Below, piece by piece: positions 8,821-19,020 of a stretch of DNA of 64,000 nucleotides. The translations under genes and the position numbers were made by a program. Under the pieces are notes generated by a model. It was given only the letters and a program-made list of their open reading frames with translations, was not told the origin of the DNA and did not search any database. The first letter of the stretch is position 1; each line of letters begins with the position of its first letter. The stretch comes from Sediminibacterium sp. (GTDB taxonomy: Bacteria > Bacteroidota > Bacteroidia > Chitinophagales > Chitinophagaceae): contig JBBAKI010000002.1 in NCBI GenBank assembly GCA_040403595.1, forward strand, positions 45,088 through 109,087, read 5' to 3'.

Positions 8821-8940
8821 TGTGCCAGTTTGTGCCGGTTTCCTATGCTTGTACCAGCTTGGCATCAATATTGTTTAGTTCTATGTTCAATAGATTAGAG
8901 ACGGGCCTCCGGCCCGTTATGACAATTTGACCCAGATATC

Positions 8941-11343
8941 ATGATAAAAGAGAACATGTTTTTTAGATCGGAAGAGGATACCGACTTTATGCCCATCATC
9001 CCAATGAATGAGCAGGAGTCTGAACAGGATAAAAATATGGTGATACCTTCAGCGCTTGCCATTTTGCCGCTGCGCAATACGGTATTGTTTCCGGGGGTGG
9101 TGCTTCCTATTACGGTGGGTAGGGATAAAAGCATCAAAGCTGTCAATGACGCTTACAAGGCAGACAAGCTTATTGGTGTGGTATCTCAAAAAGATGCCAA
9201 TATTGAGGAGCCGGTTGCAGAAGATTTATGCAGTGTGGGTACGGTGGCAAAAATTATCAAGCTTATTAAAATGCCTGATGGGGGCACAACCATCATTATT
9301 CAGGGTAAAAAGAGGTTCGAGCTGGTTTCTATGCTCACCGATGACCCTTATTTTAAGGCGAGTATTAAATTATTTGAAGAAGATGCCAGTCCGGAAGGGG
9401 ACGATTTTGCTGCCATTGTAAGCACTATTAAAGACCTGGCTGCGCAAATTATTCAGCTGTCGCCCAACCTTCCAACAGAAGCGGGCATCATATTAAAGAG
9501 CATCGAAAACCCTTCCTTTCTCATTAATTTTGTAAGTAGCAACTTAAATAGTGACATTTCAGAAAAACAAAAGTTATTGGAAATCAATGATATAAATGAT
9601 ATAGCTGAAAGTTTAATTTTAATCCTACAAAAAGAGCTTCAGTTTGCGGAACTTAAAAATAAAGTGACCAATAAAACCAGAACCGAGCTGGATAAACAAC
9701 AGCGTGATTACTTTTTACAGCAGCAATTAAAGAGTATCAAAGACGAGCTTGGGGGTGATACCAACGAGCGTGAAATTGCGGACATGAAAAAGAAGGCCGA
9801 AGGCAAAAAATGGCCGGAAGCTGCAAAAACTGCATTTGACACAGGTGTGGCTAAATTGGAGCGGATGCACCCAACTACCCCCGATTATTCGGTGGTGTAT
9901 AATCACCTCGATTTAATGCTCGACCTTCCATGGGACAGCTATACTTCCGATAATTATGACCTTAAAAATGCCAAAAAAGTACTGGATCACGATCATTACG
10001 GGATGGCAAAAATTAAGAGTCGTATCCTTGAATACCTGGCCGTTTTAAAGCTAAAAGGTGATATGAAAAGTCCCATTTTGTGCTTTTTAGGCCCTCCGGG
10101 TATTGGTAAAACCTCACTAGGAAAGTCTATTGCGCATGCTATTGGACGTAAATATGTGCGTTTGAGCCTTGGCGGTTTACACGACGAAAGTGAAATTAGG
10201 GGTCACCGCAAAACCTATATAGGGGCAATGCCGGGCCGAATCCTTCAAAATATTAGAAAATGTAAGTCTTCTAATCCGGTAATGATACTGGATGAAATAG
10301 ACAAAATAGGGGCCGACCACCGTGGCGATCCCTCATCGGCTTTACTAGAAGTATTGGATCCGGAGCAAAACAGTAATTTTTACGACAATTACTTGGAGCA
10401 AGAATATGACCTTTCTAAAGTTTTGTTTATTGCTACTGCCAACAATATTCAAAATATTCAGCCGGCATTACGTGACCGCCTAGAAATTATTGACCTCAGT
10501 GGCTACGCCGTAGAAGAGAAGGTTGAAATTGCTAAAAAGCACTTGGTGCCTAAGCAAAAAGAAGCCCATGGCCTCGAAAAAGTGAATTTTAAAATTGCCG
10601 ACAAAGTCCTTGAAAAAATTATTGAGAACTATACCAGAGAAAGTGGCGTACGTGAATTAGACCGCCAGCTGGCATCCGTAATGCGTTTTCAGGCCAAAGA
10701 ATATGCGACCAAAAACAAAGTAAAAACCACTTTAACGGCGCCAGATATCGAAAAAATACTGGGTCAAGCACGTTATAGCAACGAAATTTATAAGTTGGCC
10801 AATATGCCAGGTGTGGCTGTAGGTCTTGCTTGGACTTATGTTGGGGGCGATATTTTATTTATTGAAACCATTTTAAGTGATGGCAAAGGAGAGTTAAAGC
10901 TTACCGGTAATTTGGGTAATGTGATGAAGGAAAGTGCGACTACAGCGTTAAGTTACTTACAAGCCAACGCTAAAAAATACGGTATCGATCCTACGGTTTT
11001 TGCAAAAAAGAATATCCATGTGCACGTGCCAGAAGGTGCCACGCCAAAAGACGGTCCGAGTGCAGGCATCACCATGCTTACCTCTTTAACCTCTGCATTT
11101 ACGGGGAAAAAAGTAAAACCTTATTCAGCCATGACTGGCGAAATCACCCTTCGTGGTCAGGTATTACCAGTAGGAGGCATTAAAGAAAAAGTATTGGCTG
11201 CTAAAAGATCTGGCTTAAAGGAGATCATCATGTGTGCCCAAAATGAAAAAGATGTCAATGAAATTGACAAGGCATTTATTAAAGGAGTAACTTTTCATTA
11301 TGTAAAAACAATGCAGCAGGTAGTAGACCTTGCCCTTGTTTAA
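8941..11343 (+). CDS. lon: ATP-dependent Lon protease
   Basis: LON N domain, Walker [14 protein letters not shown], catalytic PKDGPSAG. Confidence 0.97.
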   Translation: MIKENMFFRSEEDTDFMPIIPMNEQESEQDKNMVIPSALAILPLRNTVLFPGVVLPITVGRDKSIKAVNDAYKADKLIGVVSQKDANIEEPVAEDLCSVGTVAKIIKLIKMPDGGTTIIIQGKKRFELVSMLTDDPYFKASIKLFEEDASPEGDDFAAIVSTIKDLAAQIIQLSPNLPTEAGIILKSIENPSFLINFVSSNLNSDISEKQKLLEINDINDIAESLILILQKELQFAELKNKVTNKTRTELDKQQRDYFLQQQLKSIKDELGGDTNEREIADMKKKAEGKKWPEAAKTAFDTGVAKLERMHPTTPDYSVVYNHLDLMLDLPWDSYTSDNYDLKNAKKVLDHDHYGMAKIKSRILEYLAVLKLKGDMKSPILCFLGPPGIGKTSLGKSIAHAIGRKYVRLSLGGLHDESEIRGHRKTYIGAMPGRILQNIRKCKSSNPVMILDEIDKIGADHRGDPSSALLEVLDPEQNSNFYDNYLEQEYDLSKVLFIATANNIQNIQPALRDRLEIIDLSGYAVEEKVEIAKKHLVPKQKEAHGLEKVNFKIADKVLEKIIENYTRESGVRELDRQLASVMRFQAKEYATKNKVKTTLTAPDIEKILGQARYSNEIYKLANMPGVAVGLAWTYVGGDILFIETILSDGKGELKLTGNLGNVMKESATTALSYLQANAKKYGIDPTVFAKKNIHVHVPEGATPKDGPSAGITMLTSLTSAFTGKKVKPYSAMTGEITLRGQVLPVGGIKEKVLAAKRSGLKEIIMCAQNEKDVNEIDKAFIKGVTFHYVKTMQQVVDLALV

Positions 11344-11366
11344 ATATTTAAAATTACACCTGTTTT

Positions 11367-12380
11367 ATGCGCGCCCGTTTACTCTTTGTTTTTTTATGGG
11401 TTGGAGTCGTGCATGCTTTTGCGCAAACGCAAGGAGGCAATCCGGTATTTAGTTTTTTAAAAAATCCAGCTAGTGCCAATATAGCTGCACTGGGTGGTGC
11501 TAATGTTTCACTCATAGGAAACAATGTTGCAGCAGCTTTTTCTAATCCCTCACTATTAAGGCCAGCGCATCATGGTCAGGTGGCTACTTCTTTTTCAAGT
11601 TTACTAGCGGGCATTAATCAGTATAGTTGTATGACTGGTTATACATTTGGTGCGCAAAATGTAGGCCTCGGTGTTCAATATTTAAATTATGGAAGTATCG
11701 ATCAAACAGATGCTGCTGGCGCTATGTTGGGCGTGTATAATCCATCCGATTTAGCAGTACAACTTAGTACCAGTAAACAGTACAAAGAAAATTTTTGGCT
11801 GGGTGCTAGCGCAAAATTTATGCATTCTAATTATGGGGCTTACCGTTCATCTGCGCTTGCGGTAGATGCATCCGTTACGTATTTTAATGAAGCGAATGGA
11901 TTACAGGCTGGCTTAGTGGTTAGTAATATAGGAACGCAGTTAAACGCATACGCAGGCGCTGTGAAAGAGGAATTGCCTTTTGATATTACGGCAGGTATTT
12001 CAAAAAAATTAGCAGAAGCGCCAGTTCAATTTTCACTCACCTTACAACAACTGCAACACTTTAATGTACTAGGCACCGATACTGGTTTTATAGTAGCAGA
12101 GTCAGGAAAAACTTTTTCCGGTTTTGATAAAATGATGTCGCATGTAGTGCTAGGTGCGCAGTTAACAGTCAATGAAAATATTCATTGCAATTTAGGATAC
12201 AATGTGCTGCGCAGGCAATCTCTAAATGGATACAATATCACCAACGGTCTTAATGGAGTAACTTTTGGCGTAGGCGTATTACTTGATAAACTACATATCA
12301 ATTACGCCACGGGGTTTTACCAGCGTAATATGTTTCATCAGTTATCGCTTAATTTTAATTTTGTCAATAAGGCCCTTTAA
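11367..12380 (+). CDS. porQ: Type IX secretion system outer-membrane protein PorQ (PorV/PorQ family)
   Basis: Signal peptide, FLKNPASANIAALGG, NPSLL and beta-strand pattern. lon-porQ adjacency is familiar in Bacteroidota (from memory). Confidence 0.75.
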   Translation: MRARLLFVFLWVGVVHAFAQTQGGNPVFSFLKNPASANIAALGGANVSLIGNNVAAAFSNPSLLRPAHHGQVATSFSSLLAGINQYSCMTGYTFGAQNVGLGVQYLNYGSIDQTDAAGAMLGVYNPSDLAVQLSTSKQYKENFWLGASAKFMHSNYGAYRSSALAVDASVTYFNEANGLQAGLVVSNIGTQLNAYAGAVKEELPFDITAGISKKLAEAPVQFSLTLQQLQHFNVLGTDTGFIVAESGKTFSGFDKMMSHVVLGAQLTVNENIHCNLGYNVLRRQSLNGYNITNGLNGVTFGVGVLLDKLHINYATGFYQRNMFHQLSLNFNFVNKAL

Positions 12381-12393
12381 TAGAACCGAGTTA

Positions 12394-14811
12394 TTAATTC
12401 CCCCCTTTTTTAGGAAGTAATGCTTTGGGTTTGTCCTGTGGCTTTGTTACCAAAGCAGGAGGGGGTGTTTGTTTTTTCGAATCGACGGGTTTAGGATCTG
12501 TTACTGGTTTTTTATCCGTTGATTTTTGTGATTCTGGTGCAATGTCTTCTGCTTTAATGCTTTCTGGAACTTCATAATCATCAGCAGTACCCGTGCCTAA
12601 ATCTTCACTTTCAGCTCCAAGTAATGGGGAATAATTATTTAAATAATCAAGCATGATTTCGTTTTCAACAATTTCGGGTTTGGTAAACGTAAGTTTAGTA
12701 TCAATGCCACACATTTCATCATTTGCAGCTTTGCCAAAAAAGTATCCCCAAATTGGAAGTGCTGCTTTACCTCCTTGTCCCCAGGTATTTGATTTGTCAA
12801 AATGAATAAATCTTTCATCGGCACCAACCCAGCCTCCAGCGATAAGTTGTGGCGTATAACCAATAAACCAGCCATCACTGTTTTCATTTGTGGTACCTGT
12901 TTTGCCGGCTATGGTCATTGATGGAACATAGTTCCATATGCCTTTTCCTGTTCCGGCTCGCATCACACCTTCCATCATTCTTGCCACAGAATAAGCGGTA
13001 ACTTCACTAATAACTTCTTTTCTTTTTGGGGTATAGGTTGCTAGTACATTTCCATGTCTATCTTCAATGCGCGTTATGTACATGGGTTTCACATTAAAAC
13101 CCTTTCCAGGAAACATGCTATAACTCTGCATCATTTCATACAATGAAATTTCGCAAGAGCCCAGTGCAATTGAAGGAAATGGTTCAATTTTAGAGGTAAT
13201 ATCAGTCCGTCTTAAAAATTCAATCAGTCTTTTGGCACTATTATTTCCTTCGGTATCTAGTTGTTTTAAAATATACGCTGAAGCACAGTTGCGAGACTGT
13301 GCGAGTGCGGAGGCCATAGTCATAGATTGTCCTGTACATGTTCTACTTGTTGCGGGTACTAAACCATATCCATTAAATCTCTGTTGTTGATCATAGACTA
13401 TAGTGTTAGGTGTAAAGCCAGCTTCTTCTATTGCTAAACTATAGAGTAGTGGTTTCATGGTTGAACCTACTTGTCTTTTGGTATTTATATTGACGTGATC
13501 GTATTTGAAACTTTTAAATCCTACGCCACCAACCCAAGCTTTCACCTCGCCTGTTAAAGGATCCATTACCATAAAACCAGCTTGTAATATCTGGTGGTGG
13601 TACTTGATAGAATCATATGGCGTCATGACGGTATCTTTTTCACGCGCATCATTCCAGGCAAAAATGCGCATATTAACTTTTTCAAAAAATGACTTTTCGA
13701 TCTCTGTTTCATCTATTCCTTCTTCTTCTAAATTATGCCAACGATCAGATTGTTTCATTGCATTTTTTAAAATATTTTCGTGTCCTTTCCAAATACTTCC
13801 ATCTATAATATTAGCTTGGGTATTAAATATTTTTTGCAAGTAGTTCATGTGTTTGCCAACGGCTTCTTCGGCATATTCTTGCATACTTGGATTGATGGTC
13901 GTATATATTTTTAATCCATCACGGAATAAATTATAATTATCTCCATTTTGTTTGGTGTTTTCTTTACACCATTTTTTTAATTCTTCCCCTAGTATCATTC
14001 TAAAATAAGGGCCTAATCCCGCCGATTCATCCATTTTTTTATAATTCAGTTCAATAGGCGTTAGTTTTAGTTTTTCTGCCTCAGATTCTAGTAAATAATT
14101 ATTACGTACCATTTGGCTTAGTACAGTATTTCTTCTTGTAAGGGCTAATTTTGGATTGCGACGTGGATTGTACAATGTGCTTCCTTTTAACATACCAATG
14201 AGTACTGCCGACTCTTGCACATTTAAACGGTCTGGCTCTTTTTGAAAAAATGTTTTAGCAGCGTTTCTAATACCAAATACGTTATCGCCAAAAGCTACTG
14301 TATTTAAATAGAGCGTAATAATTTCTTCTTTGGTAAAATTTCTTTCGAGCTTTACCGCAATGAGTGATTCTTTAATTTTTTGAATCATTCTTAAAAAAAT
14401 ATTACTCGTACTCCAGTTATTGGTAAATAAATTTTTAGCCGTTTGCATGGTAATGGTACTAGCGCCCCCTTCACTACCTAAAAAAAACAGCGCTCTACCT
14501 AAAGATCGTGGGTCAATACCCTTATGTTCATAAAAGCGTTCGTCTTCTGTGGCTACTAGGGCATTTACAATATGCTTGCTGATGTCTTTGTATTGAACGT
14601 TAATACGGTCTTCTAGATAAAATTTACCCATCAGTGTTCCGTCTTGGGCATACACTTGGCTAGCCAAAGATGCTGTAGGATTTTCGATATCATCGATAGA
14701 AGGCATGCTGCCAAGCCATCCAAAATTAATCATCAGTACAAAAACACCTATGCCTCCTAGGCTCCAAAAAAAGATGCGCCAAAAGACACGAACAGGTTTT
14801 GACATTTCCAT
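12394..14811 (-). CDS. mrcA: Class A penicillin-binding protein (PBP1A)
   Basis: Transglycosylase motifs EDERF and GASTITMQ; transpeptidase motifs STMK, SRN and KTG. Confidence 0.9.
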   Translation of the reverse strand: MEMSKPVRVFWRIFFWSLGGIGVFVLMINFGWLGSMPSIDDIENPTASLASQVYAQDGTLMGKFYLEDRINVQYKDISKHIVNALVATEDERFYEHKGIDPRSLGRALFFLGSEGGASTITMQTAKNLFTNNWSTSNIFLRMIQKIKESLIAVKLERNFTKEEIITLYLNTVAFGDNVFGIRNAAKTFFQKEPDRLNVQESAVLIGMLKGSTLYNPRRNPKLALTRRNTVLSQMVRNNYLLESEAEKLKLTPIELNYKKMDESAGLGPYFRMILGEELKKWCKENTKQNGDNYNLFRDGLKIYTTINPSMQEYAEEAVGKHMNYLQKIFNTQANIIDGSIWKGHENILKNAMKQSDRWHNLEEEGIDETEIEKSFFEKVNMRIFAWNDAREKDTVMTPYDSIKYHHQILQAGFMVMDPLTGEVKAWVGGVGFKSFKYDHVNINTKRQVGSTMKPLLYSLAIEEAGFTPNTIVYDQQQRFNGYGLVPATSRTCTGQSMTMASALAQSRNCASAYILKQLDTEGNNSAKRLIEFLRRTDITSKIEPFPSIALGSCEISLYEMMQSYSMFPGKGFNVKPMYITRIEDRHGNVLATYTPKRKEVISEVTAYSVARMMEGVMRAGTGKGIWNYVPSMTIAGKTGTTNENSDGWFIGYTPQLIAGGWVGADERFIHFDKSNTWGQGGKAALPIWGYFFGKAANDEMCGIDTKLTFTKPEIVENEIMLDYLNNYSPLLGAESEDLGTGTADDYEVPESIKAEDIAPESQKSTDKKPVTDPKPVDSKKQTPPPALVTKPQDKPKALLPKKGGN

Positions 14812-14821
14812 AATAATACGT

Positions 14822-17170
14822 TTAATATAATTGGCCTTCCTCTTTTTTGGCAGGCTGCTTATTTATTTCTTTTTCTATTGTTTCTCTTTGCTTTAATACT
14901 TCCAAAACGGCAGTTGCTTTTTTGGCAATCGAGGTTCCTTTGTATTCGGCAATAATTTTATTTAGTTTTTGTGTAGCAGCACTGTCTTCTTTGTTTTTCA
15001 TATGTAGCGTTGCTTCCATAAATAAAAATTGTGGCGCCCAAATGTCTTTTCCATAGGCACTTGTTGCTTCATCTTTTAAGGCAAGTGCTTTTTCGTATTC
15101 TCCTTTTGTAAAATATTCGTAAATACGTAAATAAGCATTGTCGGCACTAGAAATAGTAGTGGTGTCAATAGTGTCTTTTTTTGCCAACAATTTACTGCTC
15201 GGAAATTTTTCTTGTAACAGCTTGCGTAAAGAGTCTGCTTTGTTTCGATCCCCGGTAACGCTATAGCAAAGCGCTAAATTATGATACACTAAATCAAGTG
15301 AAGCGCCAGATGCAAACTTATTCAAATAAAAAGTATAGGCTTCTTTTGCAGAAGGGTAGTCTGATAAACTAAGTTGAAAAATTTGAGCATTGTCAAGTAA
15401 TGCCTTGGCCCATTTTTGGTTGGATGCTTCTAGTTGTTTAGTATCTGTAGGAATTGATTCTGCTAGTGCATCGTAACTAATACTTGTTGTGCTATCTTTT
15501 TTGGAAGCATCGGTGGTGGCCGTTGCCATGTTAATAGTTGCGGCGCCAATATTAGCGTCTAGTGCCGCTTGTCTTCTCCAGTTGTCAAGGTTTTGTCTAT
15601 TGCCCCAGCTGGTTTTAAATGCTTGAGCCCCTTTGACGCGAAGCGCTTTATTTAAAAAGTAAAATCCGGTATTATCGTTATTACTAAATAAATCAAATGT
15701 TTCGGCTGCGTTTGCGTCCACTACTTTATCCTGTGCCACATCATCTTTTTCTTTGCGTAATTGTTTGTACAGTTTTCTTAAGAATACCGTTCTTTCAATT
15801 TCAGGGAGCGCCGCAATTTTTTGTAAGCTATCTTCTAATTGGATGCTTGTTAAATTAGCGTTGATGAGTTGTAAGGCTGGCTTTCTGGTTTCAATTTTTT
15901 CTTTTTGAAGGGCATCGAGGCTTTGAACGTTTTCGGTATCATAATATTTGTAGGCAGCACCATATTTTTTTTGATCATAATTGATATCGCCAAGTAGCAC
16001 AAAAGATTGTTGTTTTTGCGCTTCATTATCGCCCGAATTTTTAATGCTCTCTAATAAATATGTTTCTGTGAGTGGGTAATTTTTTTTGGAAAGCTCTACC
16101 GATGCAGCTGCAAAATAAATAACGTCTTTGTAGGCTTCGTACCTATCTTTTTTAGCCATCAGCAATAGCGCTTTACTATCTGCACCAGTCGAAACAGAAA
16201 GTCTATTTAATGCAACGTTGGCGTATATTTCTAAGTAGGGGTCTTGTGCAACCGCTATTGCCTGCAAATAATATTGTTTAGCCTCTTTGTGTAAGCCACT
16301 TTTTTCAAATAACTGCGCCGTTAGGTATGCTTTTCTTGATTTCTCAATTTTAGTAGCTGCAAACGGAATTTTTTTTGCTAAAAAATTTGCGGCTAGTTCG
16401 TAGCGCTCCACTTTATAGTAACCATAAGCCGTTAATTCATCCAGGGCTGGAATAAGTCTGGCCGGGAAAATTTTATCTGTTCTTAAAAGTGCTATTAAAC
16501 CTGTTGCTTCCGATTGTTTATTTTGCTCGAGGTAGGTTCGGATCATCCACAAAAAACTTTCGTTTCTACTAGGTAGCGTAGTAGTTATTTTTTTCCAAAT
16601 ATTTCTTTTTTCATTGGTTGATATAGTAAATACACCATTTGTGTTACTGATATTACTTCCAATAGGAATATCAGTTCCATCGTCTTTTGGGGCAAATGCA
16701 TAATTGACATATTTAAAAACGGCAAAGGCCGAATCAAAATCTTTTCGGTGCAAATATGCTTTTCCTAAAATGATGTATAAATTATCTACCCAGTCACTTC
16801 TTAAATCATGCAATAGAATACCGGCCGTACATTTATAAATGATGGTATCAATTTCATCTTTTGCTGTTGTTTCTAAACTATACGGGTAAAAGGGTAGTAG
16901 ATCGGCATAGTTTTCTTTTTGTTTTTGTGTAGCCCTTTCAATAATGTCTGCTAATCTGTTCGTGGCATTAAAAACATAGTTGTATCTGGTAACCGTATTG
17001 ATAAAAATTCTTTTAGGCAAGCGAAACCCTTTTTCTCCCGTTTTTTCGGCAGGTAGCAGGCGCTCGGTGTAGGGTTTATTTTTTTGCAAACTAATGCCTG
17101 TATTGGGTTGGGCTGCCAAAAAATTGGCCAGTCCAACCATTAAAAAAAGTAACAGGGCATTGGTTTTCAT
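14822..17170 (-). CDS. sprE: TPR protein, PorW/SprE-like (T9SS/gliding)
   Basis: Export signal, NTVTRYNYVFNA and SDWVDNLYIILGKAY segments resembling the PorW/SprE N-terminus, multiple TPR helices. Confidence 0.65.
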   Translation of the reverse strand: MKTNALLLFLMVGLANFLAAQPNTGISLQKNKPYTERLLPAEKTGEKGFRLPKRIFINTVTRYNYVFNATNRLADIIERATQKQKENYADLLPFYPYSLETTAKDEIDTIIYKCTAGILLHDLRSDWVDNLYIILGKAYLHRKDFDSAFAVFKYVNYAFAPKDDGTDIPIGSNISNTNGVFTISTNEKRNIWKKITTTLPSRNESFLWMIRTYLEQNKQSEATGLIALLRTDKIFPARLIPALDELTAYGYYKVERYELAANFLAKKIPFAATKIEKSRKAYLTAQLFEKSGLHKEAKQYYLQAIAVAQDPYLEIYANVALNRLSVSTGADSKALLLMAKKDRYEAYKDVIYFAAASVELSKKNYPLTETYLLESIKNSGDNEAQKQQSFVLLGDINYDQKKYGAAYKYYDTENVQSLDALQKEKIETRKPALQLINANLTSIQLEDSLQKIAALPEIERTVFLRKLYKQLRKEKDDVAQDKVVDANAAETFDLFSNNDNTGFYFLNKALRVKGAQAFKTSWGNRQNLDNWRRQAALDANIGAATINMATATTDASKKDSTTSISYDALAESIPTDTKQLEASNQKWAKALLDNAQIFQLSLSDYPSAKEAYTFYLNKFASGASLDLVYHNLALCYSVTGDRNKADSLRKLLQEKFPSSKLLAKKDTIDTTTISSADNAYLRIYEYFTKGEYEKALALKDEATSAYGKDIWAPQFLFMEATLHMKNKEDSAATQKLNKIIAEYKGTSIAKKATAVLEVLKQRETIEKEINKQPAKKEEGQLY

Positions 17171-17264
17171 GAATCTTAAAAATAGGCCTTAAAAATACAT
17201 TTATTTCTGTTTTGTGGGCGTAATAAAACAACTTTAGGGGCTACCTTTATGCTTATTTAACAAT

Positions 17265-17663
17265 ATGGACACCATACCTACTAAAAACGAGCCCACCCGC
17301 CTTGGTACCCACTATAGGCTAGTGGTGATGGATGACGATACTTTTGAAGAAGTAGTTACGCTAAAACTCTCTAGGACAAGCGTATATATTGGCCTGAGTA
17401 CCTTGTTTGTATTTCTAATTGGTATTACCATTGTTTTTATTGCCTTTACACCGCTTAAATATTATATACCTGGTTATGGTACGCGTGAAGGCCGCGCGGC
17501 ACTTCAAAATTTAAAAATCCGAACCGATTCTTTGGAGCAAGTAATTCGTTATAACGAACAGTATTTTAACAGTGTTAAAAAAGTAATGGAAGGTACTGAT
17601 AAGGGTATGCAGCTCGACACCGTTTCTTTAGCCATACCAAAGGCAGAAGTGATTAACGATTAA
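17265..17663 (+). CDS. Protein matching only the N-terminal TM/coiled-coil part of Bacteroidota M23 peptidases
   Basis: YRLVVMDDDTFEE...FTPLKYYIPGYG...DSLEQ, then a stop at 132 aa. No M23 Zn motifs. Confidence 0.7.
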   Translation: MDTIPTKNEPTRLGTHYRLVVMDDDTFEEVVTLKLSRTSVYIGLSTLFVFLIGITIVFIAFTPLKYYIPGYGTREGRAALQNLKIRTDSLEQVIRYNEQYFNSVKKVMEGTDKGMQLDTVSLAIPKAEVIND

Positions 17664-17687
17664 AAGTATTCACGAACAAATTATTCA

Positions 17688-17906
17688 ATGTCTCCAAAAG
17701 ATCCAAAGCCGTTTTTGCAATATGCAAGTTTAGCCACTCAACTTATGGTTTCATTTGCATTTGCCGCCTTCGGCGGCAAATGGCTGGATCTCAAAATATT
17801 TTCTCGAAAACCTGTTTTTATCTGGATACTTCCACTACTCGTAGGCATTGGACTGATTATAAAAGTGATTAAAGACACCGACACAAATTCCGACACAAAA
17901 AAATAA
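17688..17906 (+). CDS. AtpZ/AtpI-family small membrane protein
   Basis: YASLATQLMV...FGGKWLD and two TM helices. Confidence 0.75.
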   Translation: MSPKDPKPFLQYASLATQLMVSFAFAAFGGKWLDLKIFSRKPVFIWILPLLVGIGLIIKVIKDTDTNSDTKK

Positions 17907-17923
17907 ACGATAAAAATAAATCG

Positions 17924-18313
17924 ATGTTCAAATATTCAAAACATTTATACCCCATTGGCTTACTTTTCATTTTTGTAAATGCAGGTATCGAGTTTGGTCT
18001 AAAACAACTTATTGATTACAAATTTGTACCAACTGTTATCGCATATGCCAATGTGTTACTTTTTGTTGTAACGCTGCTCGGATTATTGGCGCTCATCCAT
18101 GCATCTAAAAACCCAAACCCCAATGTGCTGGTGCGCACTATTATGGCAGTAATGGGGCTTCGTTTACTAGGTCTTGCTGTAGCCGTTTTATTGTATATGA
18201 AACTAGCAGGCGCTGCTATTAGTCCACGCTCTGTGTATGCCGCATTTGCGCTATATCCACTCTATACCTGGCTTGAAATCAGACTCTTTTTAAAACTGAA
18301 TGTGAAAAAATAA
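17924..18313 (+). CDS. Four-TM membrane protein, ATP synthase protein I-like
   Basis: Hydrophobic, NPNVLV and F.LYPLYTWLE segments; follows the atpZ-like gene. Confidence 0.6.
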   Translation: MFKYSKHLYPIGLLFIFVNAGIEFGLKQLIDYKFVPTVIAYANVLLFVVTLLGLLALIHASKNPNPNVLVRTIMAVMGLRLLGLAVAVLLYMKLAGAAISPRSVYAAFALYPLYTWLEIRLFLKLNVKK

Positions 18314-18945
18314 TGCCTATTAAAGAGCATCCCATGCAGGCGCTGGCTGGTTTTTTACCAGACAAAAGTTTCGAGCAGGTACTTGCGTATTTGCATGAAT
18401 ACCGGGTACATTTAACCATTACCAAACAACGTAAATCGGTACTTGGCGATTATAGGCATCCGGGTAGGGGAGCCAATCACCGTATTAGTATCAATGGCAA
18501 TTTAAATAAGTATGAATTTTTAATTACGTTTTTACACGAACTCGCACATTTATTGACGTTCGAAAAATTTAGTAACCGTGTAGAAGCGCATGGTAAAGAA
18601 TGGAAATTTTGTTATGGAGGGCTCTTGCAATCTTTTGTTGCACAACAAATTTTTCCACCCGACGTAGAAAAAGCACTACAAAAATCTATCTTAAATCCAG
18701 CAGCCACCGCAGGAGGCGAAACAGAACTCTTACTCATACTGCGTGGCTACAATGAAAAACACAAGCCCGGATACGCAGTGGTATCAAGTATTGCAGAGGG
18801 TTCGCTTTTTGAAACAGACAATGGACGTATCTTTTGTAAAGGGCCACTGCGCCGTAAGCGTTACGAATGCACAGAGGTTAAAACCGGACTCCGTTATACT
18901 TTTAGTGCGCTCTCAGAAGTAAAGCCCATTTCAAATCCGCAATAA
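18313..18945 (+). CDS. SprT-like zinc metalloprotease
   Basis: LGDYR, FLITFLHELAH (HExxH) and HGKEWK motifs. Confidence 0.9.
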   Translation: MPIKEHPMQALAGFLPDKSFEQVLAYLHEYRVHLTITKQRKSVLGDYRHPGRGANHRISINGNLNKYEFLITFLHELAHLLTFEKFSNRVEAHGKEWKFCYGGLLQSFVAQQIFPPDVEKALQKSILNPAATAGGETELLLILRGYNEKHKPGYAVVSSIAEGSLFETDNGRIFCKGPLRRKRYECTEVKTGLRYTFSALSEVKPISNPQ

Positions 18946-18969
18946 AAAGCAACAGGATTGTGTGCGCAT

Positions 18970-18999
18970 AAAAAAAGCCCCCAACAAGTTGGAGGCTTT
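18970..18999 (-). terminator. Intrinsic terminator for sucC, possibly bidirectional
   Basis: AAAGCCCCCAAC/GTTGGAGGCTTT stem with an A7 run giving the minus-strand U-tail. Confidence 0.8.
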
Positions 19000-19020
19000 A
19001 AAAATAATATACATCAGGTA

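Noticed and set aside
8626-8868. 80-aa minus-strand Ser/Cys-rich ORF
   Set aside because: Antisense shadow of the DTT-repeat lipoprotein, which has the promoter, lipobox and terminator.
17175-17197. CTTAAAAATA direct repeat in the sprE/M23-stub divergent region
   Set aside because: Low-complexity AT-rich 10-mer, plausible by chance, with no supporting evidence.
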